Below the pieces are notes generated by a model. The model saw only the letters and a program-made list of their open reading frames with translations. It did no database searches and was not told where the DNA came from. A program made the position numbers and the translations under genes. 64,000 nt of DNA from the human T2T-CHM13v2.0 reference genome, Homo sapiens. The stretch lies in NCBI RefSeq assembly GCF_009914755.1, contig NC_060925.1; one strand, written 5' to 3'. Shown in pieces: positions 34,701 through 47,749 of this stretch (position 1 is the stretch's first letter; the number at the start of each line of letters is the position of its first letter).

Positions 34701-35604
34701 CTTCCTCTTCCTTCTGATTCTGCCTGAATAGCTGAGAGGTTCCAGCAAAAGCTTGAAGTCTTGCCTGGAGAATCCCTCTGCTCTGGTGTCAGGAAACCCA
34801 AAATCTTTCTCCTTAATGGCATTTAGAGACTTTCTTCTGCAGATCCATGGCTGCCCTGGGAACTCCAAAGCACACACCTACTTCCTCCCCAGCTCACGCT
34901 GCTGTATTCTGTGCTGCCTGAACTGAAGAAATAAAATCCAGAATCTGCTCCCCAATTTGCTACCAGCCTGCTTGATTTTCCTGTTTGTGTCATCCTTGTT
35001 CTGCTCCCCTGTGTCTGCTGGTGGCTGCTGAGGCCTTGGTGGACAGAGGATGGGGAAGGGGTCAGGAGGAAAAAGCTTGCATTTCTGTGTGTTTTGTGTT
35101 TTTTCTTCTTTCTGTGTTTTCCTTTTAAACCAAGGGACTGAAATAGCATTGAGAAATATTTTTCTTTCAAATTCTGGTTCCTTTCACCTATGTAACCGCA
35201 TCCCTCAGGCATGGCCAGGAGGCCGACTTCATCCTCCTTCTCACTGTCACCTCTTCACTCTTGTGTTCCTCGTTCCCCACTCCTTCCACTAACAATCTCC
35301 CCGGACTCCTCCTTCAGATTGTATGTACACGTAGTAGACATATAAATATATGTGTGTGTACATGTATATATATACACACATATTTATATATACTCACATT
35401 ATATGGAATAAATCTTTAGTTTTTAAACTTAAATCACTTTTATTGATCTATAACTTTCACACAATAAAACCCCTTTTTAAAATAAACAATTCAATTAGTT
35501 TTACCAAATGTATACACTCTTTTGTAACCACAATTGCAAGGAACACTCTAAAAATGTAGTTGATTATTTATTAATCATTATTTGCAGTAAGGTTTAAAAA
35601 TAGG

Positions 35605-37780
35605 CTATAAGTTTATGGATTTACTTCTGGATTTTCTATTTTTTTTTTTGGTTCATACATCTGTTTTTATGCCAGCACTATACTGTTTTGGTTAGTATAA
35701 CTTTGTAGTATAATTTGAAATCAGGTAGTATGATGCCTCCAGCTTTATTCTTTTTTACTCAGGAGCACTTTCGCTATTTGGAGTCTTCTATGGTTCCATA
35801 AAAATGTTAAGCCTTTTTTTTCTGTTGTATTAGTCAGGGTTCTCCAGAGGGACAGAACTAATAGGATATATGTATATATGAAAGGAAGTTTATTAGGGAG
35901 AATTGGCTCTCGTGGTATTTCAACAGAGATTGCATTGAACCTGTAGACCACTTTGAATACTGTAGACTTTTTAACAATATTAATTCTTCCAGTTCATGAG
36001 CCTGAGACATCTTTCCATTTGTTTGTGTCTTCTTCTATTTCTTCATCAATGCTTTTAGCTTTCATTGTAGTTCTTTCACTTCTTTGGTTAAATTTATTTC
36101 TGGCTATTTTATTTTTGTGGCTATTATAAATGAGATTGTTTTCTTGATTTCTTTTTCAGATTGATTTCTATAAGTGTATAGAAACACTACTGATTTTTGT
36201 ATGTTGATTTTGTATCCTGCCACTTTACTAAATTTGTCATTTCTAAGAGTTTCTTGGTGGAGTCTTTAGTTTTTCTAAATCTAATATCATGTTATCTGCA
36301 AAAAGGATAATTTGACTTCTTCCTTTGAAATCTGGATGCCACTTATCTCTTTTCCTTGGCTAATTACTCCGGTTAGGACTTCTACCATATGTTGAATTAA
36401 AGTGGTGAAAGTGGGCATCCTTGTCCTATTTCATACTTAGTAGAAAGCCTCTCCATTTTTCTTCATTCGGTATAGTATTAGGTGTGGGTTTTATCATGTT
36501 GAGGTATGTTCCTTCTACATGCAATGTCTTGAAGGTTTTTAACCACCAAGAGATGTTGAATTTTATTGAATGCTTTTTCAGCCTCTATTGACAAAACTTA
36601 AGCTAGACCAAGAAAAAAAGAGAGAAGCCCCAGAAAAATGAAATCAGGTAAAAAATGAAACATAATAACTTGTATCACAGCAATATAAAGGATAATTAGA
36701 GACTGTTATGAACAACTGTACACCAACAAATTGGAAAACCTGGAAAAAAATAGATAAATTACTGGACAACCTACTGAGATTGAACCATAAAGAAATAGAG
36801 AACCTGAACAGACCAATAATGAGTAATGAGATTAAAGCAGTAATAAAAAGTTTCCCATCAAGAAAAAGCTCCAGACCTGATAGATTCCTTACTGGAGTCT
36901 ACCAAACATTTAAAGAAGAGCTAATTCTGATTCTACTCAAACTATTTCAAAAAACTGAAGAACACCAAATACTTCTAAACTCATTCTACAAGGCCAGAAT
37001 CACACTGATACCAAACCAAACAGACACAATAGAAAAAGAAAACTACAGACCAATATCTCTGATGAATATAGATGCAGAAATCCTCAACAAAATACTAGCA
37101 AACAGAATTCAATACTACCCTGAAAAGATTATTCACCATGATCAAGTGGGATTCATCCCAGAAATGCAAGAATGGTTCAACATATGCAAATAAATAGACA
37201 TAATGCATCACATCAGCAGAATCAAGGATTGTCTTCTTTTTTAAGGCTGAATAATATTCCTTCTGCTATATAGTATATATATTCAGAATTTTTAAAATTC
37301 ATTCATCCACTGACAGAAATTTAGGTTGTTTCCAGATCTTGGTTATTGCTAATAATGCCGAAATAATGCTGGGAGTACAGATATCTCTGGAAAATACTGA
37401 TTTTATTTCCAGAAGTGGAGTTAGCAGATCATGAGGTAGTTTTATTTTCTATACTTTTAGGAAATTCCATACGGTTTTACATAATGGCTGTACCAATTTA
37501 TATTTCCACCAACAGTGTACAAGAATTCCCTTTTTGCCACATCCTTGCCAACACGTTATATTTCATCCTTCTGATAATAGCCACTTTAACAGGCATGAAG
37601 CGATATCTCATTGTGGTTCAGATTTGCATTTCCCTGATGATTAGTGAGATTGAGAAACTTTTTCTGTATACCTGTTGGACATTTGTATGTCTGAGAAATA
37701 GCTATTCAGTCTTTTGCTCGTTTTTAAATTGGGTTGTTTGGTTGTTGCCATTCAGTTGTATGAGTTCCTTCATGTATAAT
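35605..37780. mobile_element. Rearranged L1: minus 35605-36590, plus 36591-37228, minus 37229-37780; MLT2A LTR fragment at ~35826-35910
   Basis: ORF 36708-37193 contains the L1 ORF2 motifs [26 protein letters not shown] and [11 protein letters not shown]; orientation switches are visible. Confidence 0.85.
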
Positions 37781-37799
37781 TATTAAGAGTTTGTCAAGA

Positions 37800-38891
37800 T
37801 GAGAAAGCAAAACAAGATCACCAGTTTCCTTGGTGCTGGCTCTGATGCACAGAGATAAAAATATAACTCTGCTTAAAGTATTATATTTCCAGTTAGATCT
37901 CAATAATGTTTCCTTCCATCCCATGTTATGATAAAATGTTGATGATGTAAAAGATAAATGCCTTGACCCTCAGAAAAGTCAGTGCTTTGCTGATCAACAT
38001 GTCTGTATTGACCTGATAGCTAGGCTGTGATTTCTCAAAGCCAAGACTTAATTTCCAGTCTTCCTGATACAACTATGTTGCTGACTCATCACCTACATCT
38101 GAGTTACGTCAGTTGAGGGCTTGGGGTTGCCCTGCATGAAGGCAGAGGCATGGACCAGATGGCATCCCAGACCCATCATCCTAGATACCAGGAGTTGAAC
38201 TTCTGAGTATACCTGCCATTGTGACAACCTGGGAACCAATGTCCTGACCACTGCCCCATTACTAAGCCTTTTGGAACAATCTGAGCAGGAGAACAAATGT
38301 CATACCCAAGAAAGACGGTGTCAGACCTCTCAAGGTGATGTGGCTCACACACCTCACTGAGCCTGTCTCAGAGTGTGTCTCCTATAAGGATGGCCTGAGT
38401 CATAAGGAATAGCTGTTTATAAACTGTAAAGTCAATGCTATTACCAATGAGAGGATTTAAAAGTCATTAAATATCCATTGTGTGCATAGCTCTGTGTTGA
38501 ATATTGAGGTAAAGAAATATAAAACACTCAAGGCAGGCCATCAAATAATTTACTATTATCTCATTAGAGTGATATGCCACAGGAAGGGAAAAAAAAAGTG
38601 GGATTGAGCCACGCTGTCCTGGAAGGGCAGAGACCATGGCTTGCATCACAGAGAGAAGCATAATCAAAGTACAAAAAAATAATCCAGTTCAGCTTCAGGT
38701 CATTTCTGAGAGTACATGACAAAGGCTTAAATGCGAGGGAGCACACAAAGTCTTATTTCACTGCAGGAATTTGGACATTTACCCTTAAACAGTGTGCAGT
38801 CCTGAACAAGACTTTACTAATGATTGAGTGTTAATTATTTATGGAGATGAGAGAGTCTTTTCCTGAATCTCACACTGGAACAGTATCAAGG
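37800..38891 (+). repeat. Second copy of the non-coding module, with no gene downstream
   Basis: Collinear with 30580-31675 and ends at the junction with the orphan promoter. Confidence 0.9.
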
Positions 38892-39022
38892 AGGCCCTTT
38901 TATCCTGGTCTTGGGCTGTGCTCCTGATGGGTGAGGCAGCACCTGGGCATAAGAGGACCTTACAACATGGGTTGTATGACCAGGTGATAACCAGCAGCTT
39001 CTCACCTGCCTCCCTCCACAGG
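38892..39022 (-). pseudogene. Orphan degenerate LCE1 promoter with no exon 1 or CDS
   Basis: Minus strand reads gagggaggcaggtgagaagctgctgg...cccatgt...aggtcctcttatgcccagg...cagcccaagaccaGGATAAAAGGGC and aligns to the LCE1 promoters. Homology stops ~6 nt after the TATA-like box (38904-38898). Confidence 0.8.
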
Positions 39023-39188
39023 AGATCAGAATAGCTCCCATCAGTGCCACCTCATTTTTCTTGGAGCTGCCTTAGGCCTTTTTCTTGGAGTTTGGCCTCC
39101 CAAGTCCTCTTTTTCTATATCCCTGATGGTATCATTTAAACCAAAATTTTACAGAAGTCTTTTAATGTCCCTGATGTGTCCCAGATTC

Positions 39189-39470
39189 TGTGTGTGTGTG
39201 TGTGTGTACGCATGTGTGTGTAAATACATGTCTATGCCATCACAGTTACAAGCCTGGTAGGAGTCAGACATATCTGGGACAGAATCCTGGTTCTGTCACT
39301 TATTAGCTGTGTGACTTCTGAAAATCCCAAATTATCTCATCCTCCGTTTCCTGAAATTTAAAATGAAGATAATAAAGATTAGTCTCCAGGATGTCGTGAG
39401 GATCAATGAAATTGTAGAAAGAAAATGCACATTAAAGTTCCTGTAACACAGTGAACCCTCATATGAAACA
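39189..39470 (+). mobile_element. (TG)n followed by a MIR
   Basis: gagtcagac...gaatcctggttctgtcacttattagctgtgtgac...aaaatgaagataataa...gtgaggatcaatga. Confidence 0.75.
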
Positions 39471-41672
39471 CCTGTCTATCAATAATTTTAAAGGGAATGA
39501 ACACTTTTTGAGATGGTCCAAGTCTCGGGCACTATGTGGAGTGAAGGAAAAGAGTTCCCTAGTGGAGGAGGCTGGAAGACCTGAAAAAATAGGAGGACTT
39601 GAAATACAATGGGAAACTTTTAGTGTTATTGCTTTGTTTCAACATGAACAAAAGTTTTTGTCTGAAGGTCTATTTAAAAACATTTTTAGGAGATTAAGAT
39701 TTACTAATGTCAATTTGGTATATAACAGGTGTTCCTTTTGTATCTTGAGGAAAATATTATTTAAAAAGTAAAAGAACTAATTAGATGAAAGCAAATTAGA
39801 CTAGGGAGTAATCATGTGAAAAAGTTCTCTTTTCAGGAAGTGTCCAAAACAATTCTCCAGAACGTGTGATGAGGTAGAAATGGCCACAATAATACCAATA
39901 TCCAGGTCATAATGGGTATAGAGAATCAATATCTGAGATATGTATATGAACATAGGCATAGATAGATATAGAAGTAGATTATATAGATATGGATATATAA
40001 TCGGCCTTGTTCTATTATTACAGTATCATATATCTCAAGATGCATGGCCTTCCCTGAAGTTACAATGCCTTACTTCTCTAGGGTTTCTCCATGATTCTAA
40101 TTTTCACTGGAATCTGAAAATGATCTTTCCACACCATCCCGCACTCCAGAAATAATTACCCCTGACCATTAAGAAAATCTCATCCAGAGCTCTGCACTGT
40201 GTTCAGGATCAAGGTCAATGTCCATTGAGTGACATTCAAGGCTCTGTGCATAAGACCCTGTACAATTCCTCTAATTTATGCTTTGCTAAGCAGGACTGCC
40301 TATTAGCTATACTTTGAAGATGTCTCTTCCTACTTTACCTCTATGTTTTATTCCAATATTTTTTTTTCTCTCTGAGACACTGCAGTTCAAATCTCACTTG
40401 CTCCATTTTCCTTTTTTTTTTTTTTTTGACATACCTCATGAATCAGGTTTTAACAAAACTTTGGACAGCACAATTTGTGACTTATATTGTGTAGTCCCCA
40501 TCAGCTACTAGTACAAGGTCATGGCCACATGGGTGGTTAAAACTTTTTAAATCCTGTCAGCAGCATTAGTGCTGGGGTTTCATGGAAGGTATGAATGGTA
40601 AGACTTAGAAAAGAAGTTGGAAACACTTTCTGTTAAGTCTTAAATGTAATACTTAAGAAGCACATGCATTTTTCTATAGAGAGTCATGGGCAAGTTGAGA
40701 AATATGGTACAGGGAGTGTGTTCTGGAATAAAGTGTAGATAATTTAATGAAGATGGAGAAGGAAGAAAGCAACAAGATTTGATGGAAGGTTAATAGAAAA
40801 GCAATTTTTACTTGCAAATGTGCCTGGAACTAAACTTATTGCAGAAGTAGTCAGTGGGAAAACTGTATTTTCAAAATATATTCATGGGTTTTGTTCTCTT
40901 TTATTTCATTTGTTTACTTATTATATTTTTCTTTTTTTATCCATTTATATACATGCATGTGTGTGCATGTTTGTGTGTGCACCTGGAGATGTGCAGAAGT
41001 GTGTGTTTTTGCATGTGATGTGTGTGAGGGAGGAAGGATATTGGTGGGGCTAGGTCAGGAGGAGCAGACTGCACTCACAGAGAAAGAGAAGCTTGGAGAG
41101 ACTGGTCAAGCCCTTGAAAGGGACCAGAAACAAAGAAGCTATGTTTATAAGAGACAGTTCAGACTTGGTCAGAAGCAATGCTGCTTCAGGCCAGTTGACA
41201 TAGGACAGACAGAGTTGGGAGCAATGGTCCCTTCCCACTCCTGCCCCCATTAACCCCAATTCACTCCAGAGTGCCCCACTGTCCCCTGAGGTTCCAAGGC
41301 CACCAACTGCAGAGGACAAGGTGAAGAGAACAAGAGCCACTCAAGGAGAATAGGGTCCTCATAGAACAAGACACTGAGCAGATTCCTTGTTTTAGTCCTT
41401 TAATCAGCAGATGCACGCTGCAAATGACATTGAGTAAGCTAGGGGCTTAGACAGAGCGTGGGAGGGTAGCCACAAAGGTGAGGTCCAAGGCCAGTGAATG
41501 GAGATCCAGGAGAGGATCTGAGTTTCTGGACTCCAGGGAAAAGATATGCTCTTGGCAAGTTCAGAGCTTTCCCTTGGACCTGTGAGCCTCTCAGGCAGGC
41601 CTAGTAGGAGAAGGGGGATGTCCTTGGCAGTTTGCGGTCCTGGATTCTGCTCTTCTAGGCTCAGGGTCCACT

Positions 41673-42029
41673 TCAGCAGCAGCCTCCAGAGTGCTGGCCA
41701 CTCCCCCCGCCACAGCAGCTGGAGCCCCCCGAGGGCTGGCTGCAGCAGCCAGAGCTCTGGGGTCTGTGGCAGTGGGACCTACGGCGCCTGTGGTGGCTCA
41801 GGCAGCAGCCACCTCCCCCAGAACTGCAGCATCCCCCAGAGCTGGAGCCACAGCTGCCCCCAGAGCTGGAGCCACAGCAGCCTCCGGAGCTGACACTGCA
41901 GCAGGAAGAGACAGGAGGGCACTTAGGGGGACACTTTGGGGGACACTTTGGGGTGGGGCACTTGGGAGGGCACTTGGGGGTGCACTTGGGAGGGGGCTGG
42001 CACTGCTGCTGGCTCTGCTGGCAGGACAT
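41673..42029 (-). CDS. LCE1C: Late cornified envelope protein 1C (118 aa)
   Basis: True ATG at 42029-42027; the track's longer ORF starts inside the intron. Acceptor AG at 42051-42050; ATTAAA poly(A) signal at 41404-41399. Only minus-strand LCE1 gene. Confidence 0.95.
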   Translation of the reverse strand: MSCQQSQQQCQPPPKCTPKCPPKCPTPKCPPKCPPKCPPVSSCCSVSSGGCCGSSSGGSCGSSSGGCCSSGGGGCCLSHHRRRRSHCHRPQSSGCCSQPSGGSSCCGGGSGQHSGGCC

Positions 42030-43151
42030 CTTGGTGGCGGATTCAGGAGCTGAAAGAGAGTCAAACAGCAAGTCAGACCTAGGCAGAGGCCACCCCTGCC
42101 TATTCTTGTCCTTTCCACATTGTTTCTATTTCCTTTATTTTGATGAACTGTTCAAATGTCATGGTAAATCATTAATCACTGAAAATTTTGTTATTTCTTG
42201 TAGTTTGGCAAATGCTCTCACACTGTATCTTTTGAGTTCACAATTTCATCTTAAGACAGTCAAGAATTACTATATCTTTTACAAAGAAGGAAACTGAGGC
42301 AGTAAGCCATATGAAAAAATATCTGTCAAGATTAAACATTTAGTAAATTAAAGGAAGCAGTTTTTCTCATTGTGTCAAATAAAACCCTGAAACTGTCCAG
42401 TGTGGAAACCTGGGGATATAAACATTTTCTTGGAAAAAGATAATGAAGGATTATCTCTTGGAGTAACTTCCTAGGAGACTTTGTCTTGTAAAAACCTGCG
42501 CATGTACAATTGTAAATTGTTTTGGAGACAGGCTGGTCTCACAGGCTCCCTTTGTTAAGGAAGATGCTGGAGAACAGTATTTTTGGTGCATAGAGGGGAT
42601 TTGAACTCAGGTGCCCTGGCTCTAGGCTGGTGTACTGCCATATTCATCACACAACGGCTTCACAGTAACATGTTGGCACAGTGATCCTCAGCTTGCTATG
42701 TCTAACTACTTTAAGAGATTCTCAATTCCAATTTGAATCTAGAGATAAGTGAGTTTCAAAAAGCCCTAAAAGATCCATTAATTATCTCTACTCCACTGAT
42801 TGAGAACTACTATCTCCAGCTCAAATTTGCAAGGAGTGTCACAGTTTTGCTCTGAAAAGTAAGTGTCCTATTTGAAGTTGTTCTAGCAGAGACTATTTGC
42901 CTGGGCTTCAACTCCCTCTGTCCTTAAAACTCAACTAGCTGAAGCACAAAGACAGAGACATCTAATTCTTATTTGTGTTACCAGTTGGCCCTCTCCCTGC
43001 CTCCTGAGCACATCCTCCTTCAATCTTTCTGAGGTCTTGACTTCTATCCAGATGGATCTCAGCCCTCAAGGTCCTGCCCAGCCTCCCCTCCTGCCTAGGG
43101 CTGAGCAACACTCTGTGGAAGCCCCAGCAACTATTCTCAAAGAACACTTAC

Positions 43152-43360
43152 CGGGGTCACAGGCAGCACAGGGTCCTTCAGCACCTCGGGAGGTGAGTGG
43201 ATGGAGTGCTCAGGCCCAGAGCCCTTTTATCCTGGCCTGGGCTCTGCCTCCAGCTGTGAGACAGGGCCTGGGCATGAGAGGACCTGCCTTCTGACACCCA
43301 CATGGGTTCTGAGGTGGGTGGTGACTGGCAGCTCCTCACTTGCCTTCCTCCATGGGGCTC
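43152..43360 (-). promoter_or_regulatory. LCE1C: LCE1C core promoter and non-coding exon 1 (~43199-43152)
   Basis: GATAAAA at 43231-43225; donor CCG|GTAAGT at 43151; intron 43151-42050. Confidence 0.87.
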
Positions 43361-43588
43361 AGAAAAGCTGCTCCCAGCTTGGACTATGGCCACTTAGAAA
43401 TAGAAATGGAGTGGGAAAATCCCTACCATCATTTCCTGTGTTGTTCTCCGTGGAGAATACCTAATCTGTTTAGTCTTGGAGCTTGAGTTCTCTGTTTTGT
43501 TAACTCCCAAATCTTACCTCTGTGGCTCTGGGCAACCTGGCTTAACTCAAGTTTCATAGAATCCTCCAACCCTCAACTATCTTATAGT

Positions 43589-43626
43589 TGTGTGTGTGTG
43601 TGTGTGTGAGTGTGAGAGAGAGAGAG

Positions 43627-43669
<43 letters not shown>

Positions 43670-43870
43670 GCTTCTGTATTAAAGCCATTAGGTAACTGGT
43701 TAAAGAGTCAGACATAGAGAGAAACCTGATTCTGCCACTTATTACCTGCATGACCTTATGAAAAGCATTAATACCTCATCGTTCTTGTTCTCAGTTTGTC
43801 AACTCTGTAATAGAGATAATATAAAAACAATTGTCCAGGGATGGCTGAGAGTCAATGAAATAATGCAAAG
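43589..43870 (+). repeat. Compound (TG)n(GA)n(TG)n microsatellite (43589-43670) followed by a MIR
   Basis: Microsatellite read directly; MIR core gagtcagac...cctgattctgccacttattacctgcatgacctt. Confidence 0.8.
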
Positions 43871-43964
43871 GAAGTTTCTGGTGGAGAGCTTATAACATGT
43901 CATTTTCTCTAAACAAATGCCAATGCATTAATATTTTTAAATTATAGCTGCTTTCTAAGGAGAG

Positions 43965-44188
43965 ATAATAGCCTCCAGCTCCATCCATGTTTCTTCAAAG
44001 GACATGATCTTATTCTTTTTTATGGCTGCATACTATTCCATGGTATATGTGTACCACATTTTCTTTATCTAGTCTACCATTGATGGGTATTTGGGTTGAT
44101 TCCATGTCTTTGCTATTGTGAATAGTGCTGGAGTGAACATACACATTCATATGTCATTATGATAGAACAATTTATATTCATTTGGATA
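43965..44188 (-). mobile_element. L1PA/PB 3' fragment
   Basis: ctccagctccatccatgtt...tatggctgcatactattccatggtatatgtgtaccacattttc. Confidence 0.85.
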
Positions 44189-44510
44189 ACGCTCCTTCTT
44201 CAACATCCAGGCTTTATTCCGTGACCTATGCATTTCTAAAACAGTGCCATTCAACTGTAACTTCTTTATGAGTCTTAATTTTCAAATATGACTACAGTAA
44301 ACTATCCTTGATTCTGCAGCTTTGTTCTTATATTTATGTACCCCTCAACAGTTTCTAAAACAGAGGTGGACTCCATAGGTAAGCAATTTAAAAATGAATT
44401 GATTACTATTAGCATCATCTTTACTTTGTGTATGACTTAAGCCATCATCATTGGAATTCTCACTCTGAGACATTTACATTACAGTATACTAGCCTTATCA
44501 CCCTGCAGAA

Positions 44511-45636
44511 GTCTGCCACTGAATTACCTGGCTATGGCTCATGTTGTTCCAAAGAATGTATTTAATAATAGAGTAGTCAAGATATTGATTACTCAGCTTA
44601 CATTGGCAGTTCTGATCCAGAAGCCCAGCCCATTCATTCCAAGGATGATGAGGATTAGAAGCTATTCTGTCCATGACTCTGATACCACAAAGGGTAGCAC
44701 CCAAACTGTCAATTAATCTGACATGGATTGGGTTAATAAGGTAGCAATATGATGTAACATCATGAGGATTGTTTCCTTATGTTTGGTGTTAGATTTCAAT
44801 AGCATTTGAAATTTATTGAATTTGGTACCATTTTAATGCTAACAATATGCACTAGCAAAGGAGTGATTTTCTGAAAATACATTTCTATGTTGTCAGGCTC
44901 TCATATCACAAGAGATTGGTGGGAAGAATGCTGAGACACAGTAAAAATTAACTTAGACTTAGTGGATTTTACTCTGTGTCCCAGAGCCAGCACCACACAT
45001 GACTGATTTTTAATTTGCTTCCTTCCTCTGCAACCCCTGCATAGAGCAGTAACAATAAACTGATACTCCAAAATTATTAGAAGAATATACAGACTATCTA
45101 ATTATTTCTTTATAAGTAATTGGATAAAATATTTAAGCATGAAAAAACTTGATAAATCTCATCACATAGTGAAAGGAATACTATATGTCAGAAAGCACAA
45201 TTTTAAAGGATGAAAAATATAAATAACCAGCTGAGAAAAAGTAAAGTATGTAAGTCAGGAATAGTATTAAAATCTATGATAAATAATAAGTCCTTACAAC
45301 TTTATAGAAAAGAAATAAGCCTATCTACAAATGAATGGGCAAAGTGCATGAACAAACAGATAGCTTGGAAAGAAATACATGACCAATACATTTTGAAATT
45401 TGTTATTTCATATTTGCATATACAAATAACCAAAGACTAGTATATAAAACAAGGATGGTCTTTCAAGGATGAGGTCTGAGTCTGCCACTGAATTGCCTGG
45501 CTGTGGCTCATGTTGTTCCAAACAATGTATTTAATACGAGAGTAGTGAAGACATTGGTTACTCAGCTTACATTAGTAGTTCTGATCTAGAAGCACAGCCC
45601 GTCCATTTCAAGGATGATAAGGATTAGAAGATATTC
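44511..45636 (+). repeat. ~157-bp direct duplication (44511-44667 and 45480-45636)
   Basis: gtctgccactgaatt(a/g)cctggct(a/g)tggctcatgttgttccaaa...aaggatgat(g/a)aggattagaag occurs twice, 969 bp apart. Confidence 0.9.
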
Positions 45637-47500
45637 CTTTATATTGAACTAGAAGAAACTTAAAATCAATAACAAAACAGTATTACTGAAGGTGATAGGA
45701 AATGGATCTTATAAATTGGCATAATAATGAAAATTAAGATGACATTTGGTGACCCATTACTCAACAAATAATAATTTTCTGTATACAAATCAAAATTTTA
45801 AATGTGCATACTTTTTATCCAACAGTTGTACTTTCAAGAATTTAACTTAAGGAGAAAAAACTTTAAGAAAGAAGATATATAGACAAGAATGATTACTATA
45901 GAAATTAAAATAATATTAAGAGTTCGAAAAGTTGCAAGATGTAAGAATAAATTTACATTAACCAGCAACAAATAATTCAAAAATATAATTTTTAAAATTG
46001 CCATTTAAAATAGCAAAAATACATAAAGTCTAAAATACAATTTTAATGTAAAATATATTTGATAAAATGAGAAGACTATTAAACAGCATTACAGAATACC
46101 ATAATAAAGAGATATACCATATTTATGGGTGAGTAGAAAAAAATTATAATAAAATAAAATAATTCTTCATAAATTAATGCATATTCTCAATGATGTTTTC
46201 ATCAAAATTCTAATAATGATTTGTTTTGCTTCATCTTCATTGTGTAGGATGTGACAAACTGGCTCTAATGTTTATATAAAATGACAAAGGTTTAATAATC
46301 ACCAAGACAATCTTAAGGAATGATGAAACCTGTGTGATTTAGATACCGCAATTGATTATACACCTATGGTAATTAAGGCAGCAGGATGTTCTCAGAGGTG
46401 TTGACAAATTGGCAATGACAAGAATTGTTCACCCAATTATAAATCTACGGAAATGTGAAAAATTGATTCTGACCCATAGGTATTTCAGATGAGTGGGGGA
46501 AAATGGAAAATTTGATTACAATACTAAGACAATTGGTTATCCATTCAGAAAAATGTTTAAAATATATAAAATGTACAAAAATTCCTTTCTTGATTGAATA
46601 AAAACCTTCATTTTTAAAAAGAAAAAATTTTCAACTTTTTAAAGATAGGGAAAAGATTTCTAAACTTACAAATGGTTGAGATTTATTAAAATCATGAAAA
46701 TTGCAAACAATATAGTTATTGTTGCAGAAATTCAACTATGTTAAAAATAAAACACTAGTTCATCAAATGACACCATTAAAATGCAAACAAGAACATATTT
46801 GTTTGGAAAAGATATTCACAACACATTTAATAGCAGTACATTAGTAACTAGAATATGTAAAGAACATTTACAAATACTAACAAAAGGAGATAAACAAATT
46901 GAAAAACATTTTCGAGAAAAAGCAGACAAGTCACAGAAGGGAAACCTCAATTAACCAAAAATACATTAAAAGATGCTGTGATCACTACAAAGCAGAGGAA
47001 CACATATTAAACTACCGACAGATACCAGTGCACATCCATCGAATGGCAATTATTGAAGTTTAGGAACAATGTGCAGCAAGAATGATTCTTATACACCATA
47101 GGTGCAAACTGAAATCAGTATGAGCAATTTGGAGAGATGGGTGTGATCCAAAATTCAACAGTTCCACTTATAGGTACATAACTTGGTGAGACTCTCCCAC
47201 AAATACACAAGTAGACACGCACAAAAATTTCCTTAGCTGCAATATTGATTCAGTGAAAAGTGAAAACACTCTAAATGTCTATCCAAAAGAGAGAAGCTAA
47301 CAAATCATGATGCACTCATAAGATGGATACTACACCGTTGTAAAAATGAGTAAACTATGGCTATACAGATCAACTTGAGTAACTAGCAAAAACAATGTTT
47401 AAGGAAGAGAACAAGTCAAAAATGAGTGTCTTAAGTATGATGCCATTTCTATAGAGTTAAAACCATGTAATCCATAGTGTATATTGTATCAGGGTAACCT
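45100..47500 (+). mobile_element. Highly diverged L1M fragments
   Basis: A-rich with residual ORF2/3' motifs. Boundaries approximate. Confidence 0.55.
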
Positions 47501-47749
47501 GTACAGAATAAAATTGGAAGGAATATATTACAATTTGGTTTGAACCAGGTTGCATGGGCTCATTAACACCGGGGAGGCAAGAAGGGCAGTATTAGGGCCA
47601 AAACTTCAAAGCTCCAAGAATGAGAAGTGAGAACCTTAAAGGCAGGTGCCCTTCAGGCAGATCAAGGCAGGAGATGATGGTAGGGATTTCCCCACCCCAC
47701 CTCTATTTCTAAGTGGCCATATTCCATACTGGCAGCAGCTCTCCTGAAT

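Noticed and set aside
42030-42071. 14-aa N-terminal extension of LCE1C in the ORF track
   Set aside because: Starts at a TTG inside the intron, upstream of the acceptor at 42051-42050. The ATG at 42029 matches all paralogs.
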